A stretch of 64,000 bases of DNA from Thermoplasmata archaeon (GTDB lineage Archaea > Thermoplasmatota > Thermoplasmata > GCA-020350865). The notes under the pieces were generated by a model. It had not been told where the DNA came from. It saw nothing but the letters and a program-made list of their open reading frames with translations, and did not search any database. The translations under genes were made by a program, and so were the position numbers. Of this stretch, positions 15,588 through 27,200 are shown one piece after another. The DNA is taken from assembly GCA_020348445.1 (NCBI GenBank), contig CP070751.1, positions 4,886,101-4,950,100 on the forward strand, written 5' to 3'. Within the stretch, counting starts at the first letter, position 1; each line of letters starts with the position of its first letter.

Positions 15588-17138
15588 ATGGATGCAATTA
15601 TAAACTCTGTGGGAAGGAAAATTCCAGAAGAAATAGATGGGAGAAAGCTTAAGCCATATCAAGGGGCCTTTTCTACAGCACCTGAACCCTGGAAGGCGCC
15701 TATGAAAGCAGGTTTTATAAAACCGGGAGAGAGTAAGATACTGGCATCTTTGGAGGAGTCCATAAAGAAAACTGGCCTTACAGATGGGATGACGGTATCC
15801 TTTCACCACCATCTAAGAAATGGAGATGGTGTTATTAACATGGTGATGGACGCCATTGCCCAGATGGGGATAAAGAACATCAGAATATTCCCCACAGCTC
15901 TCTTTCCTGTTCATGAACATTTAATACCCCACATAGAAAGCGGAGTCATAACCTCAATCGAGGGCAGCATGAACGGCCCTGTTGGAGCTGCTGCGACATA
16001 TGGCATTCTTCCCAAGTGCGCAGTTCTGAGATCCCACGGCGGAAGGATAAGGGCTATACATTCTGGGGATGTGAAGGTTGATGTGGCCTTTTTGGCAGCT
16101 TCATCAGCTGATCCTTACGGGAATTGTAACGGTGTCTTTGGACCCAACTTCTTTGGACCAGTGGGATTGGCCAGGGCCGATGCCATGTTCGGTGAGCATG
16201 TGGTTATTGTGACAGATAACCTAGTGGAATACCCCTGCTATCCAATCAGTATATCACAGAAATACGTGGATTATGTAGTTGAGGTTCCTTCTATCGGGGA
16301 TCATGCGGGCATAGTATCTGGAACAACTGAGGTCACAAAGGATCCAAAACAGCTTGCAATGGCTGAGCAGATTGTAAAACTAATTGAGCAGTCTGGCCTT
16401 CTTAAGGAGGGTATGTCCTTTCAGGCAGGAGCTGGAGGGGTTTCCCTTGCTTCCATGAAAGTACTTCACGATTACATGAGGGAAAAAGGGATTCACGGTA
16501 ACTTTGCAATTGGGGGCACAACCAAGTACCTGGTTGATATGCTAAGGGATGGTACTATTCGGGTTCTTTTAACTGGTCAATCTTTTGATCTAGAATCCAT
16601 AGAATCCATTGCCAAGGATTACGGCCACCAGGAGATTACAACCGATTTTTATGCCAACATCCACAATAAGGGCTGTGCAGTCAACTGGCTGGATGTCGTT
16701 ATTCTCGGGGCCACAGAAGTTGATGTGGATTTTAACGTTAATGTGAACACACACTCTGATGGTAAGTTGCTACATGGAATAGGGGGTCATCAGGATACTG
16801 CTGCAGGAGCCAAACTGACAATTATCGTATGTCCGCTTTTCAGGAAGAAAATACCCATTGTCAGGGAGTCTGTGACCACTGTAACCACACCTGGTGAGAC
16901 AGTGGATGCAATTGTCACAAATGAGGGAATAGCAATAAATCCAAGAAGGCAGGACCTTGTGAAAAAATTACAGGAAAGTGACTTACCCATAAGAAAGATT
17001 GAGGATCTGCAAAAACAGGCATATGAGATAACTGGCGGTCCTCCAGAATTGGTAACAACTGATAGGATCATCGCTTTAATCGAATACCGTGACGGATCAA
17101 TAATAGACGTTGTCAGGGGATTGAAAAAGGATTCTTAG
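15588..17138 (+). CDS. citF: Citrate lyase alpha subunit / citrate CoA-transferase (family II CoA-transferase)
   Basis: MTVSFHHHLRNGD, RSHGGR, SFQAGAGG, DVVILGATEVDVDFNVNV, GGHQDTAAGA; 516 aa is typical of CitF. Confidence 0.9.
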   Translation: MDAIINSVGRKIPEEIDGRKLKPYQGAFSTAPEPWKAPMKAGFIKPGESKILASLEESIKKTGLTDGMTVSFHHHLRNGDGVINMVMDAIAQMGIKNIRIFPTALFPVHEHLIPHIESGVITSIEGSMNGPVGAAATYGILPKCAVLRSHGGRIRAIHSGDVKVDVAFLAASSADPYGNCNGVFGPNFFGPVGLARADAMFGEHVVIVTDNLVEYPCYPISISQKYVDYVVEVPSIGDHAGIVSGTTEVTKDPKQLAMAEQIVKLIEQSGLLKEGMSFQAGAGGVSLASMKVLHDYMREKGIHGNFAIGGTTKYLVDMLRDGTIRVLLTGQSFDLESIESIAKDYGHQEITTDFYANIHNKGCAVNWLDVVILGATEVDVDFNVNVNTHSDGKLLHGIGGHQDTAAGAKLTIIVCPLFRKKIPIVRESVTTVTTPGETVDAIVTNEGIAINPRRQDLVKKLQESDLPIRKIEDLQKQAYEITGGPPELVTTDRIIALIEYRDGSIIDVVRGLKKDS

Positions 17139-17150
17139 GAAGCTGGTATT

Positions 17151-17912
17151 ATGGATGCTGTAAAATGGAAAACAGGAATCACGAAGGTGGAGCCAAACAA
17201 GATAGTAACAAGAGGTTATCCTCAGGATGAACTCATTGGGAACGTCCCTTTTTCTCACGTTGTGTTTCTTCTCATGAAAGGGGAAATGCCCTCAGAGAGC
17301 GAGGGAAAAATGATGGATGCAATACTCACAGCCTGTGTAGATCACGGTGTGACACCTCCTTCCTCCCAGGCCTCGAGGGTGGTGGCCTCAGGGGGTGTTC
17401 CAATGCCAACTGCCATAGCCGCGGGGCTTATGTCAATAGGTGATTTTCACGGAGGGGCCATCGAAAAAGGTGCCTTGTTTTTACAGGATGGGGTAAAGCG
17501 TATGAAAGATGAGGGAAAAAGTGCTGAGAAGATGGCTTCTATATTGGTTAAGGAGTCAAAGGAAAAGGGCAAGAGGATTCTGGGCTTTGGACACAGGATT
17601 CATACAGACGACCCAAGGACAAAGAAGCTGCTTTTACTGGCGGAGGAACTTGGAATCGCAAAGGAACATGTGGCACTTTCAAGGGCAATTGCAGTTGAGC
17701 TTGAAAAGACCCTAGGTAAGAAATTGCCCATAAATGTTGATGGTTGTGTGGCTGCATTGATTTCTGACATGGGATTTGACTGGAGGTTGGGTAAGGCTTT
17801 TTTTGTAATAGGGAGGACTGCAGGCTTGACCGCGCAGGTTTACGAGGAGATATCCAGGGAGAAGCCTATGAGGAGGATGTGGAGCGCGGATGTTGAGTAC
17901 GATGGGCCATAG
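17151..17912 (+). CDS. ccl: Citryl-CoA lyase (short citrate-synthase-fold protein)
   Basis: WKTGITKV..RGY, DHG, GDFHGGA, GFGHRIH, PINVDG, GRTAGL; 253 aa is too short for citrate synthase and typical of Ccl; starts 12 bp after citF. Confidence 0.85.
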   Translation: MDAVKWKTGITKVEPNKIVTRGYPQDELIGNVPFSHVVFLLMKGEMPSESEGKMMDAILTACVDHGVTPPSSQASRVVASGGVPMPTAIAAGLMSIGDFHGGAIEKGALFLQDGVKRMKDEGKSAEKMASILVKESKEKGKRILGFGHRIHTDDPRTKKLLLLAEELGIAKEHVALSRAIAVELEKTLGKKLPINVDGCVAALISDMGFDWRLGKAFFVIGRTAGLTAQVYEEISREKPMRRMWSADVEYDGP

Positions 17913-18036
17913 GAAGGGAAGGTTTGAGTGAGATAGAAGTTTTTATTTGAATAGACAAGTGAAAAAGGATTTTTAAGCGTCCCCCTCACCCTTGACACAC
18001 AAACCCTTATATACAATCTTTCTTCATGCCAGCTCA

Positions 18037-20136
18037 ATGAAATCCCCTTCTAAATCCAATCGCTTGATCAATGAAAAGAGTCCTTATCTTTTGCAGCATG
18101 CCCACAATCCAGTTGACTGGTACCCCTGGGGTGAGGTAGCTTTTGAGAAGGCAAAATCCCAGGACAGGCCTATATTCCTTTCCATTGGCTACTCCACTTG
18201 TCACTGGTGCCATGTCATGGAAAAGGAGTCCTTTGAAGATGAAAAGGTTGCGAGGCTTCTTAATGAAAACTTCGTGTGCATAAAAGTGGACAGGGAAGAG
18301 CGGCCAGATATAGACAACATCTACATGACAGTCTGTCAGATGTTGACAGGAAGCGGAGGATGGCCTCTTACAATTATAATGACTTCTGATAAAAAGCCCT
18401 TTTTTGCAGCAACATACATACCAAAAGAAAGTAGATTTGGAATGGCTGGTCTTTTGGATCTTATACCGAAAATATCACAAATTTGGGCAAACCAAAGAGG
18501 GGAAATTCTAAATTCAGCAGAACAGGTTATAACAACCCTAAAATGGTACCCTCAGACATCCAAAGGTGAAGAGCTGGATGCATCTATTCTCGACTCCGCA
18601 TATGGAGACCTTCTAAATTCATTTGATGAAAATTACGGGGGATTTGGGAGTGCACCCAAATTTCCCAGCCCCCATAATCTTATCTTTTTGCTTTGGTATT
18701 GGAAAAGGGCAGATCATCAAAAAGCCCTTCATATGGTTGAGGATACATTAAAGAAGATGAGACAAGGAGGAATCTGGGATCATGTGGGATTTGGATTCCA
18801 TAGATATTCAACTGACAGATTCTGGCTCGTTCCCCATTTTGAAAAGATGCTTTACGATCAGGCAATGCTGGCTCTGGCCTACACCGAGGCATTTTACGCA
18901 ACTGGTAAATCTGAATATAAAGAAACTGTAGAGGAATTATTGCAGTATGTTCTAAGGGACATGACCTCCTCTGAGGGGGGGTTTTACTCTGCTGAGGACG
19001 CGGATAGTGAAGGGGAGGAGGGTAAGTTCTATTTGTGGACTGAAGAGGAAATTAGAGGGAACTTGGGTGATGAAACAGAGAATTTTAAAAAAGTATTCAA
19101 TATATCAAAAGATGGCAACTATATCGACGAAATCAAGGGTAAAAAAACGAAAAAAAATATTCTCCATCTTAAGAAATCCTACTCAGACCTAGCAAAGGAT
19201 ATGGATGTTCCCCTCGAAGAACTCAAAATAAACATTGAAAAAGCTAGACAGATATTTTATGCAAACAGGGAAAAAAGAGTTCATCCTCACAAGGACGATA
19301 AAATACTAACAGACTGGAATGGACTTATGATAGCAGCCTTTGCAAAGGCTGGATTTGTTTTTGGTAATGCTGATTACATTGGGGTGGCAAAGAATGCTGC
19401 TGATTTCATTTTAACAAATATGGATGATAAAGATAATGGTCTTTTACATAGGTTTAGAGAAGGAGAAGCCGCGATACCTGGATTTCTCGATGACTATGCA
19501 TTCTTTGTTTGGGGTTTGATTGAACTTTATGAATCTACCTTTGAATTGAAATATCTGAGCCATGCAATTGAATATACAAAATACTCAATCGAGCATTTCT
19601 GGGATGAGGAGGGTGGTGGTTTTTTTTTAACTTCTGATCACGCAGAAAATCTTCTCGTTCGCCATAAAACAGGTTATGATGGTGCCATCCCATCTGGGAA
19701 CTCCATAGCAATGCTGAATTTAATAAGGCTGGCAAGAATCAGCGGGAATTCTGGAATGGAAGAAAAAGCTCAAAATGTCAAACTCGCATTTTCCAGCGAT
19801 ATCAATAATCATCCTCTATCTCATACCCAATTCCTGACGGCTTATGATTTTCTTGTAGGGCCCTCATTTGAGGTTGTTATTGTAGGAGATCTTGATTCAG
19901 AAGATACAAAAGATATAATGAATCTATTTCGTGAATATTATTTTCCAAATATGGTTCTTTTGCACAAACCCATTGATAGATCAACAAATATAGAATCCAT
20001 CTCACCTTTTACAAAAGATATGTCAACCATAAACGGAAAAACCACCGTATATGTTTGTCGTAACTTCAGTTGTGAGCTCCCAACAAACGATAAAGAAAAA
20101 ATACTGAAGCTGCTTAATGTAAAGAATATTTTATGA
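18037..20136 (+). CDS. YyaL/SSP411-family thioredoxin-domain protein (DUF255 + alpha/alpha barrel)
   Basis: [66 protein letters not shown]. Start moved to the ATG at 18037. Confidence 0.93.
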   Translation: MKSPSKSNRLINEKSPYLLQHAHNPVDWYPWGEVAFEKAKSQDRPIFLSIGYSTCHWCHVMEKESFEDEKVARLLNENFVCIKVDREERPDIDNIYMTVCQMLTGSGGWPLTIIMTSDKKPFFAATYIPKESRFGMAGLLDLIPKISQIWANQRGEILNSAEQVITTLKWYPQTSKGEELDASILDSAYGDLLNSFDENYGGFGSAPKFPSPHNLIFLLWYWKRADHQKALHMVEDTLKKMRQGGIWDHVGFGFHRYSTDRFWLVPHFEKMLYDQAMLALAYTEAFYATGKSEYKETVEELLQYVLRDMTSSEGGFYSAEDADSEGEEGKFYLWTEEEIRGNLGDETENFKKVFNISKDGNYIDEIKGKKTKKNILHLKKSYSDLAKDMDVPLEELKINIEKARQIFYANREKRVHPHKDDKILTDWNGLMIAAFAKAGFVFGNADYIGVAKNAADFILTNMDDKDNGLLHRFREGEAAIPGFLDDYAFFVWGLIELYESTFELKYLSHAIEYTKYSIEHFWDEEGGGFFLTSDHAENLLVRHKTGYDGAIPSGNSIAMLNLIRLARISGNSGMEEKAQNVKLAFSSDINNHPLSHTQFLTAYDFLVGPSFEVVIVGDLDSEDTKDIMNLFREYYFPNMVLLHKPIDRSTNIESISPFTKDMSTINGKTTVYVCRNFSCELPTNDKEKILKLLNVKNIL

Positions 20137-20218
20137 ATCAATAGAAATAGATGAATATTAGGACTAAGAAGAACCTACATGGACTACCCCAGGGAACCGT
20201 GTGCAAAAGGCTCTGACA

Positions 20219-20965
20219 TCACTTAGATCCATGCTCAAGGAAGTACTCAGCGTAATTTAATCCACGCTTTGCTATCATTGAAGTTGGTTTCAGCTCCAAG
20301 GCCTTTTCAAAGAATTTTTTGGCACCTTCGTAGTCACCAAGGCTTTCCATGGCAGTTCCACGTCTTGCATAGGCGTCAGGATTTATAGGATCTAGTTCTA
20401 TCACTTTATCAAAATACTCTATGGATTTCTCCACTTTCCCAAGGTTCAGATGCGCCATACCGTATTTGAACCACATTTTTGAATCATTCTCATATGCAGC
20501 TATTCTTTTTTCAATTTTATTGGTATCATTGCGTGCCTTCTCTATACTCTTTAAGGCCTTGGTATGGGCTGGGCCCGCAAGTTCATGAACTGGTATCAGT
20601 TCCAAGGCCTCGGCATAATATTCAACAGCCTTCACCTTGTTTCCATAGAAATCCTGCACTCTTCCCTTAAACTCCAAGTCATTGGCTCTCATGAGTTTGA
20701 TTTGATACTGGTAATGTGAAGATTTTTCTTTGTCGCCAAGTTCCTTAGCATGAAAAGTCAGCTTTTCGTAAACATCCCTTGAATCAACTGGCCTCCAGAA
20801 GTACTCCTCGATTTCCTCAACCTTTCTATGGATATTATCCAGCTTTTCTTTTGCTTCACTTGGATTTGCGGAATCAATTGTATCCATAGCCAGAAAAAGT
20901 GCCTCGATATTCCTTTTCATGCTATCTGTTACGTCCAATTCTATTAGTTCCTGCATTTTATTCAT
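20219..20965 (-). CDS. Tetratricopeptide-repeat protein
   Basis: WFKYGMAHLNLGKVEKSIEYFDKVIELDP and AYARRGTAMESLGDYEGAKKFFEKALELKP TPR motifs. Confidence 0.85.
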   Translation of the reverse strand: MNKMQELIELDVTDSMKRNIEALFLAMDTIDSANPSEAKEKLDNIHRKVEEIEEYFWRPVDSRDVYEKLTFHAKELGDKEKSSHYQYQIKLMRANDLEFKGRVQDFYGNKVKAVEYYAEALELIPVHELAGPAHTKALKSIEKARNDTNKIEKRIAAYENDSKMWFKYGMAHLNLGKVEKSIEYFDKVIELDPINPDAYARRGTAMESLGDYEGAKKFFEKALELKPTSMIAKRGLNYAEYFLEHGSK

Positions 20966-21176
20966 GGGCTGCGAAATGCTGTTTTAGGATTAATAGTTAG
21001 CTGTATAATTGTCATTGCAATAAATATCTTTTAAAACGCTCTAATCTATCTTAGGAAAGGGGGCCCAAGGGTGGATATCAGTATTTACGATAAATTGCAT
21101 AATGAATCCCCCACCAAACATTTAATAACAATCATGATATATGCTCCTTCCAATCTCAAGATAGGGGGGAAGATGT

Positions 21177-21950
21177 ATGGTAAACCAGTACAAAAACATT
21201 CAATTTGAGAAGGATGAGCATGTAGCAAAGATAACTCTTAACAGACCGCCTCTTAATGTTCTCAATATCGAGATGATGAGGGAAATCAATTCTGTTTTAG
21301 AAGGATTGGAGGACGATAAGAAATTGAAAGCCGTTATTTTTCAGGCTGAAGGTAAAGCCTTCTCAGCTGGCGTGGATGTTTCTGATCATACCAATGATAA
21401 GGTAGAGGAGATGATTCACGTCTTTCACATGATATTCTTTCATATGACAAAAATAAAGGCTCCCACCGTAGCACTGGTAAATGGTCCCGCGTTGGGTGGG
21501 GGGTGTGAACTTGCAGTATTCTGTGATATGGTCCTGGCTTCGGATAGCTCAAAATTCGGGCAGCCAGAGATCAAAGTGGGTGTGTTTCCACCCATCGCGG
21601 CTGTGATGTTTCCCTGGTACACGAACTTAAAAAAGGCCATGGAACTGCTTATGACTGGTGAGACCATATCTGCTTCCGAGGCAAAGGAAATTGGTCTGGT
21701 CAATGCCGTATACCCCATGGAGACTTTCGAAGAGGATGCCAAGGGTTTTATAGAAAAGCTGACAAGCCAAAGTTCTGTTGTTCTCCAATTGACAAAAGAA
21801 GCCATCGATGAGGCCTATGGTGAGAATTATCATATCGCCGTAGCAAAGGTGGAGAATGTCTATATGAACAAACTCATGAATACCCACGATGCTAACGAAG
21901 GCTTGAAAGCATTTTTGGAGAAGAGAAAGCCAGAATGGAAGAACGAATAA
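21177..21950 (+). CDS. Enoyl-CoA hydratase/crotonase, resembling cyclohexa-1,5-dienecarbonyl-CoA hydratase (Dch/BamR)
   Basis: ITLNRPPLNVLNI, FSAGVDVSDH, ALGGGCEL, FGQPEIKVGVFPPIAA, DANEGLKAFLEKRKP. The crotonase call is secure; the Dch subfamily is my recognition only. Confidence 0.85.
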   Translation: MVNQYKNIQFEKDEHVAKITLNRPPLNVLNIEMMREINSVLEGLEDDKKLKAVIFQAEGKAFSAGVDVSDHTNDKVEEMIHVFHMIFFHMTKIKAPTVALVNGPALGGGCELAVFCDMVLASDSSKFGQPEIKVGVFPPIAAVMFPWYTNLKKAMELLMTGETISASEAKEIGLVNAVYPMETFEEDAKGFIEKLTSQSSVVLQLTKEAIDEAYGENYHIAVAKVENVYMNKLMNTHDANEGLKAFLEKRKPEWKNE

Positions 21951-21964
21951 TAGGGGAGATTACA

Positions 21965-22708
21965 ATGGAGTTGGAAGGTCAAGTTGGAATAGTCACAGGT
22001 GGAAGCCTGGGTATAGGTTCTTCAATTGCTATTGCATTGGCAAAAAATGGTGCTGATGTTGCCTTAAATTACAGGAAACATGATGCTGAGGCAAAGGCCA
22101 TAGCAGAGAAAATTAACGGCATGGGCAGACGTGGTATGGTGGTTAAAGCGGACGTTTCAAAAACAGAAGATGCGCAGAATATGGTCAAGAAAGTTGTAGA
22201 GGATTTTGGAAGACTGGATATACTCGTCTGCAATGCAGGAATTAACATGGACAGCGTGATTTGGAAGATGACAGAAGAGCAGTGGGACACAGTGATGTCA
22301 GTTAATCTTAAGGGTTATTTTAACTACGCAAAGGCAGCGGCCCCCATATTCAAGGAGCAAAAGCATGGTAAGATAGTGAACATAACATCAATAAACGGTC
22401 TTAGAGGCAAGTTTGGGCAGTCCAATTACTCTGCAAGCAAAGGTGGAATAATTGCATTGACAAAAACCCTGGCCAAAGAGCTTGGAAGGTATAACGTGAA
22501 CGCCAATGCAGTGGCGCCTGGAATGATAGGTACTGAGATGATGTTAAAACTGCCTGAGGAATGGAAGCAAAAGGCAGTGGATGAAACAGTGCTTGGAAGA
22601 ATAGGCACACCAGAGGATGTGGCAAACGTTGTTGTTTTCCTATGCAGTGAAAATGCCAGGCATATCACAGGTGAGGTAATCAAAGTTGACGGCGGGCAGT
22701 ACATTTGA
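21965..22708 (+). CDS. SDR-family 3-oxoacyl-CoA/ACP reductase (FabG/PhaB-like)
   Basis: TGGSLGIG, NAGI, SINGLRGKFGQSNYSASK (YxxxK), VAPG. Start moved to the ATG at 21965 (GGGGAG RBS). Confidence 0.9.
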   Translation: MELEGQVGIVTGGSLGIGSSIAIALAKNGADVALNYRKHDAEAKAIAEKINGMGRRGMVVKADVSKTEDAQNMVKKVVEDFGRLDILVCNAGINMDSVIWKMTEEQWDTVMSVNLKGYFNYAKAAAPIFKEQKHGKIVNITSINGLRGKFGQSNYSASKGGIIALTKTLAKELGRYNVNANAVAPGMIGTEMMLKLPEEWKQKAVDETVLGRIGTPEDVANVVVFLCSENARHITGEVIKVDGGQYI

Positions 22709-22725
22709 ATTGCTGAGGGATGAAT

Positions 22726-23874
22726 ATGAAAATCGGAGTTGCGGGTATTGGTCACGGTGTCTTTGGAAAAAGAAATGATGCAACAGCCCAGGAGCTTGCC
22801 TTTGAGCCTTTTTCTGAGGCCATGGAGGACTGCGGAATCACGCAGCAGGATATCGATGCCACGATAATTGGTTCTTCTCCAGAATATCACAAGCAGCGCT
22901 CACTTCCAGGCGTGGTTACCGAATATATTGGCATGAATCCCAAGCCCGCTTTTTTAACTGAAGCTGCATGTGCCTCAGGATCGGCTGCCCTTCTCAGTGC
23001 CTATGGATTCATCAGGGCTGGAATGTTCGATGTCGTGGCAGTTATTGGTGTTCAGAAGATGATGGAGCTTTCCACCCCAGAGATTTTGGCTTTAATGGGT
23101 AGGGTAGGGGACGTGCAGTGGGAGTCCAACTTTGGTACCACATTTCCTGGTTACTATGCCCTGTATGCTCGAAGGCACATGCATGAGTTCGGTACAACAG
23201 AGGAGCAGATGGCCCAGGTGGCGATAAAGAACCATTTTTATGGTACAAAGAATCCAAAAGCTAGGTTTCAGAAAGAGGTGAGCATGGAGAAGATAATGTC
23301 CTCTAAAATCGTGGCTTCTCCCTTGAAGATGTTCGACTGCTGTGCAAATGCTGACGGTGCAGCATGTCTTATCATAGCAAATGAGGATAAGGCCAGGAAG
23401 ATATCGGATACACCGATCTGGCTTGAGGGTGTGGGTAGTGCAACTGCTCCCTTCTCAGTTTTAAATAGAGCCTCTATCTCCACAATACCAAGTGCAGTTG
23501 AGGCAGGAAAGCAGGCCTTTAAAATGGCAGATTGTGAACCAAAAAACATCCATGTTGCCGATGTTCATGACTGTTTCACAATTGCCGAGCTTATGGCCTA
23601 TGAAGATCTGGGATTCTGCAAAAGAGGCGAGGGAGGTAAGTTCATAGAGGAGAAGCAGTCCTACATTGGAGGAAAGATCCCTGTAAATGTGGATGGAGGT
23701 CTTAAATCCAAGGGACATCCTGTGGGTGCAACTGGCACTTCAATGGCCTATGAGGCTGTAAAACAATTGCGGGGTGAGGCAGGGGAAAGACAGGTTGATG
23801 GTGCCGAGATAGCCCTGACCCACAATGTCGGAGGTATAGGACAGTACTGCTTTGTAAATATCTACAAGAGGTGA
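22726..23874 (+). CDS. Archaeal/SCP2-type thiolase
   Basis: EAACASGS (catalytic Cys), HDCFTIAE, NVDGGLKSKGHPVGATG, HNVGG. Confidence 0.92.
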   Translation: MKIGVAGIGHGVFGKRNDATAQELAFEPFSEAMEDCGITQQDIDATIIGSSPEYHKQRSLPGVVTEYIGMNPKPAFLTEAACASGSAALLSAYGFIRAGMFDVVAVIGVQKMMELSTPEILALMGRVGDVQWESNFGTTFPGYYALYARRHMHEFGTTEEQMAQVAIKNHFYGTKNPKARFQKEVSMEKIMSSKIVASPLKMFDCCANADGAACLIIANEDKARKISDTPIWLEGVGSATAPFSVLNRASISTIPSAVEAGKQAFKMADCEPKNIHVADVHDCFTIAELMAYEDLGFCKRGEGGKFIEEKQSYIGGKIPVNVDGGLKSKGHPVGATGTSMAYEAVKQLRGEAGERQVDGAEIALTHNVGGIGQYCFVNIYKR

Positions 23875-23880
23875 TGAGAA

Positions 23881-24291
23881 ATGGGATTTGAGAGGTTCGG
23901 AAAGGTTTCCTTTGCTCCATTTACAAAGGTCTCGAAGTTCGTGGATTTTTTGGATGAAGGGAAGATCAAAGGAACAGTTTGCAAGAAATGTAGCACTTTC
24001 CATTTTCCTCCCCGGGGAGATTGTGTTTCCTGTCCTTCCTCAGAAATAGACTGGAAGGAGATCTCAGGGAATTGCAAGCTCGTCACCTATACAACTATTC
24101 ATTCGGCTCCACAGGGTTTCGAGGACGACAAACCTTATACCCTGGCAATGGTTGATCTGGAGGAAGGGGGCAGAGCTTTAGGCTGGACAGAAGGTCTTTC
24201 TGAGGAGGATTTGAAAATCGGGATGGCCTTGAAATTGGAGATAAAAAAGCTACCTGATGAGAGGTTGACCTTTGTTTTGAAGGGCCAGTGA
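23881..24291 (+). CDS. DUF35 Zn-ribbon/OB-fold thiolase partner
   Basis: CKKCSTFHFPPRGDCVSC, then LVTYTTIH..P.GF...PYTLAMVDLEEG; 6 bp downstream of the thiolase. Confidence 0.92.
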   Translation: MGFERFGKVSFAPFTKVSKFVDFLDEGKIKGTVCKKCSTFHFPPRGDCVSCPSSEIDWKEISGNCKLVTYTTIHSAPQGFEDDKPYTLAMVDLEEGGRALGWTEGLSEEDLKIGMALKLEIKKLPDERLTFVLKGQ

Positions 24292-24297
24292 TTTGAG

Positions 24298-27200
24298 TTA
24301 TTCCAACGTTCCCTTAATGCCGCAACTTGGGCATTGAACATCTATAGGACCTTCGGTTTTTGTAACATTAAACATATAACCGCAATCTGGGCAGGAAATA
24401 TTAATTGCGTTTTGCTGAGCGAAACCCTCAGACTGGATCATGCCATGACCATTATCCTTTTTTCTTGTGGTAAGTACACCAACTACAATTATGATTATCG
24501 CCACTATAACTATCAATAATAGCAATATGAAGGGGTTTATTATCGTAGATGTTTCTTCCCCCTCATCCTTCTCCTCGGGCTTTTGTTTTGTTGTGAACTC
24601 AAATACATATTTATTCTCCAATCGATGGCCTGCCAAATCCTTTGCCTTGGTGCTGATAGAGATTTGGTAAAGAGTGCCATCAGCAAATGGCTCAGTAGCA
24701 TTTAGAGTTAAGGTTTTATCGTCGTTACTCCATGAATAGGTATATTCTGTATAAGGTATGATAGAAATTGCAGGTTCCACTGATTCAATGTCCATAGGTT
24801 CACTAAATTCTATAATAACTTCTGTATTAACTAAAACATCGATTGCCGCATTATCTGGTTGAGTGGATATAACCGAAGGAGATGTAAAATCAATACTAAT
24901 TACAAAATATTTTTCGTTCACATTACCCGCGACATCAAGAGCCCTAATAGTTATCGTATATGTTCCATCTTCCCAACCAGTAGTATCAAGATCATACGGT
25001 GCCTCCAAAGTCTGTAATTTCCCCTGATTGATAAAATAGCTCACAGAATCCAAATTATTATCTGAGACTTCAAAGTCCAAGATTTTTACATCAGTTAACA
25101 AAGAGTTGTTTTCTGGTGAATTTAATGAAATCTCTGGTAAAGTGAAATCTTTTGGAATCCCTTTTTTGAACTTGAACCATTTCTCGTTGATGTTACCTGC
25201 CAAATCGTCTGCATAGATACTTATGGTATATTCTCCATCAGGCCATTCATTTGTGTCTATTATATAAGGTTGTGTAAGGAGCCTTGGCGCGTCACCATTT
25301 TTGGAATAAGTAACATGGTTCAGATTTGCGTCCGAAATTGTGAATCTTATTTCAACACCTTCTCCAATATTGGAGTTGTTCGAAGGTGAGTTTAGTGTTA
25401 TAATAGGAAGTTTACTATCCTTGATAAAGATAAACCAATTCTCGTTGGAATTACCCGCCAAATCTTCGACATGTATTGTTAAAGTATGTTCTTTATCCTG
25501 CCAATCGTTTGTTTCGATGATGTAAGGCGGCGTAAGGAGTTCAAAAGGACCCTCGTTTTTAGAATATGTGACTGTATTGAGGTTTGCATCTGAGATTAAT
25601 AGGTTAATCTCTACATTTGATTTAATATATGTGTTGTTGGGTGGCGAGTTCAGCTCAATTGCGGGAGGAGAAGAATCAATTGTGAAATTGTACCAGGTTA
25701 CTTTAAAGTTGTTTGCGAGGTCACTTGCATTTAAGGTAACAATATAATTATCATCAATCCAAGTATCGGTAATTATATCATAAGGCTGATTAAGTTCCTC
25801 CCACGCACCATCATCAATAGAATAAAAAACACTATCTAAATTTGTATCTGATACTGAAACGTCAATTACGGTTGCAGCTGGTATTATTGAATTGTTCTCA
25901 GGCGAATTCAACATAATTTCCGGGGGAGTTGAATCGATAGTAAAACTGAACCATAAAGCGGCAACATTGTCGTGGGTATCTTTTGCAGTAATGTCTATGA
26001 CATGACTTTCATCCTCCCATTCAGTTGTAAGTATATCATAAGGAGCAACTAGGGATTGAGTTGGCCCATCATTTACAGTATAAGTTACTTCATACAGATT
26101 AGGATCAGAAATAGAAAAATCGATTGTAGTGCCAGACCTGATTATCGAGTTATTAGAAGGTGAAATCAGTTCTATTATTGGAGGGGAATTGTCAAACTTC
26201 ACTGGTCTGATTAACGGATAATTGTCTTGATCGTATTCGGATATAATATAAGGATTCTTCCCTCCTCCCTGAGCTGATCCATTATCTACTATACCATCGC
26301 TTCCCACCATATCTTGATTTTCTCCTTGAAAATCGTCATATGCATCTTCACCCGGTTCATCCAAATCAGACCAATAATTTCCACCTGAGGGGTAAGTATT
26401 ATTCCAAGTGTTGTTTCCATTGTCGTACGCTTGAGGAAACGCGATATTGTTGATGAAATTATTGTGAAGGATATTGTTTTGTTCTGAAGATTCCATATAA
26501 ATTCCATACTCTGTGTTACAGGTGATGTTGTTGTAGATAACTGTATTGTTACTGCACCAGCGGATAAAAACGCCATACCCGTCATTTGAGTGGATAGTAT
26601 TGTTGTCTATGGTATTGTATTTACAACTCTCCCGAAGCCAAATACCCCCATTATTGTTTGAAACGTTGTTGTTGGATATAATATTACCATCTGAAGTAGA
26701 GCGTAAGACAATGCCATCCCTGTTGTTAGAATGTATGCTATTGTACGCTATCGAATTGCCAGTGCTCCATTCGAGATATATTCCATACCAATTGTTAGAA
26801 TAAATACTATTGGCTGTCATTACGTTGCCTGGACTTGACCATACGATTATACCGTATTCATTGTTCAAAACATCGTTGTCAGATAAGGTATTACCAGAGC
26901 TCTTTTGAAGGTATATACCATAATAATTGTTTGAAAAACTGCTGTTTGTAATTCTAATGGAATTTGAATATCCCAATTCGATACCAACATCAGTATAAGC
27001 CATACCAACGTTATTTATGGTAATCAATGAGCAGTTGACAAGTATTATTCCCCCCACCGTAATACCATCAATAGTGATACCTTCACGGTTCTTATAGTAG
27101 ATTAGGGGTTCACCATTTATCAAGTTTCCTGGAGGTATTTCATGAATAAAATGAGAAATCCTATCTGCCTCTCCATCTATAAAAAGACCATCATTTGTGA

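Noticed and set aside
17151-17912. Citrate synthase
   Set aside because: Only 253 aa, lacking the additional helices of citrate synthase; the WKTGIT start and size fit citryl-CoA lyase.
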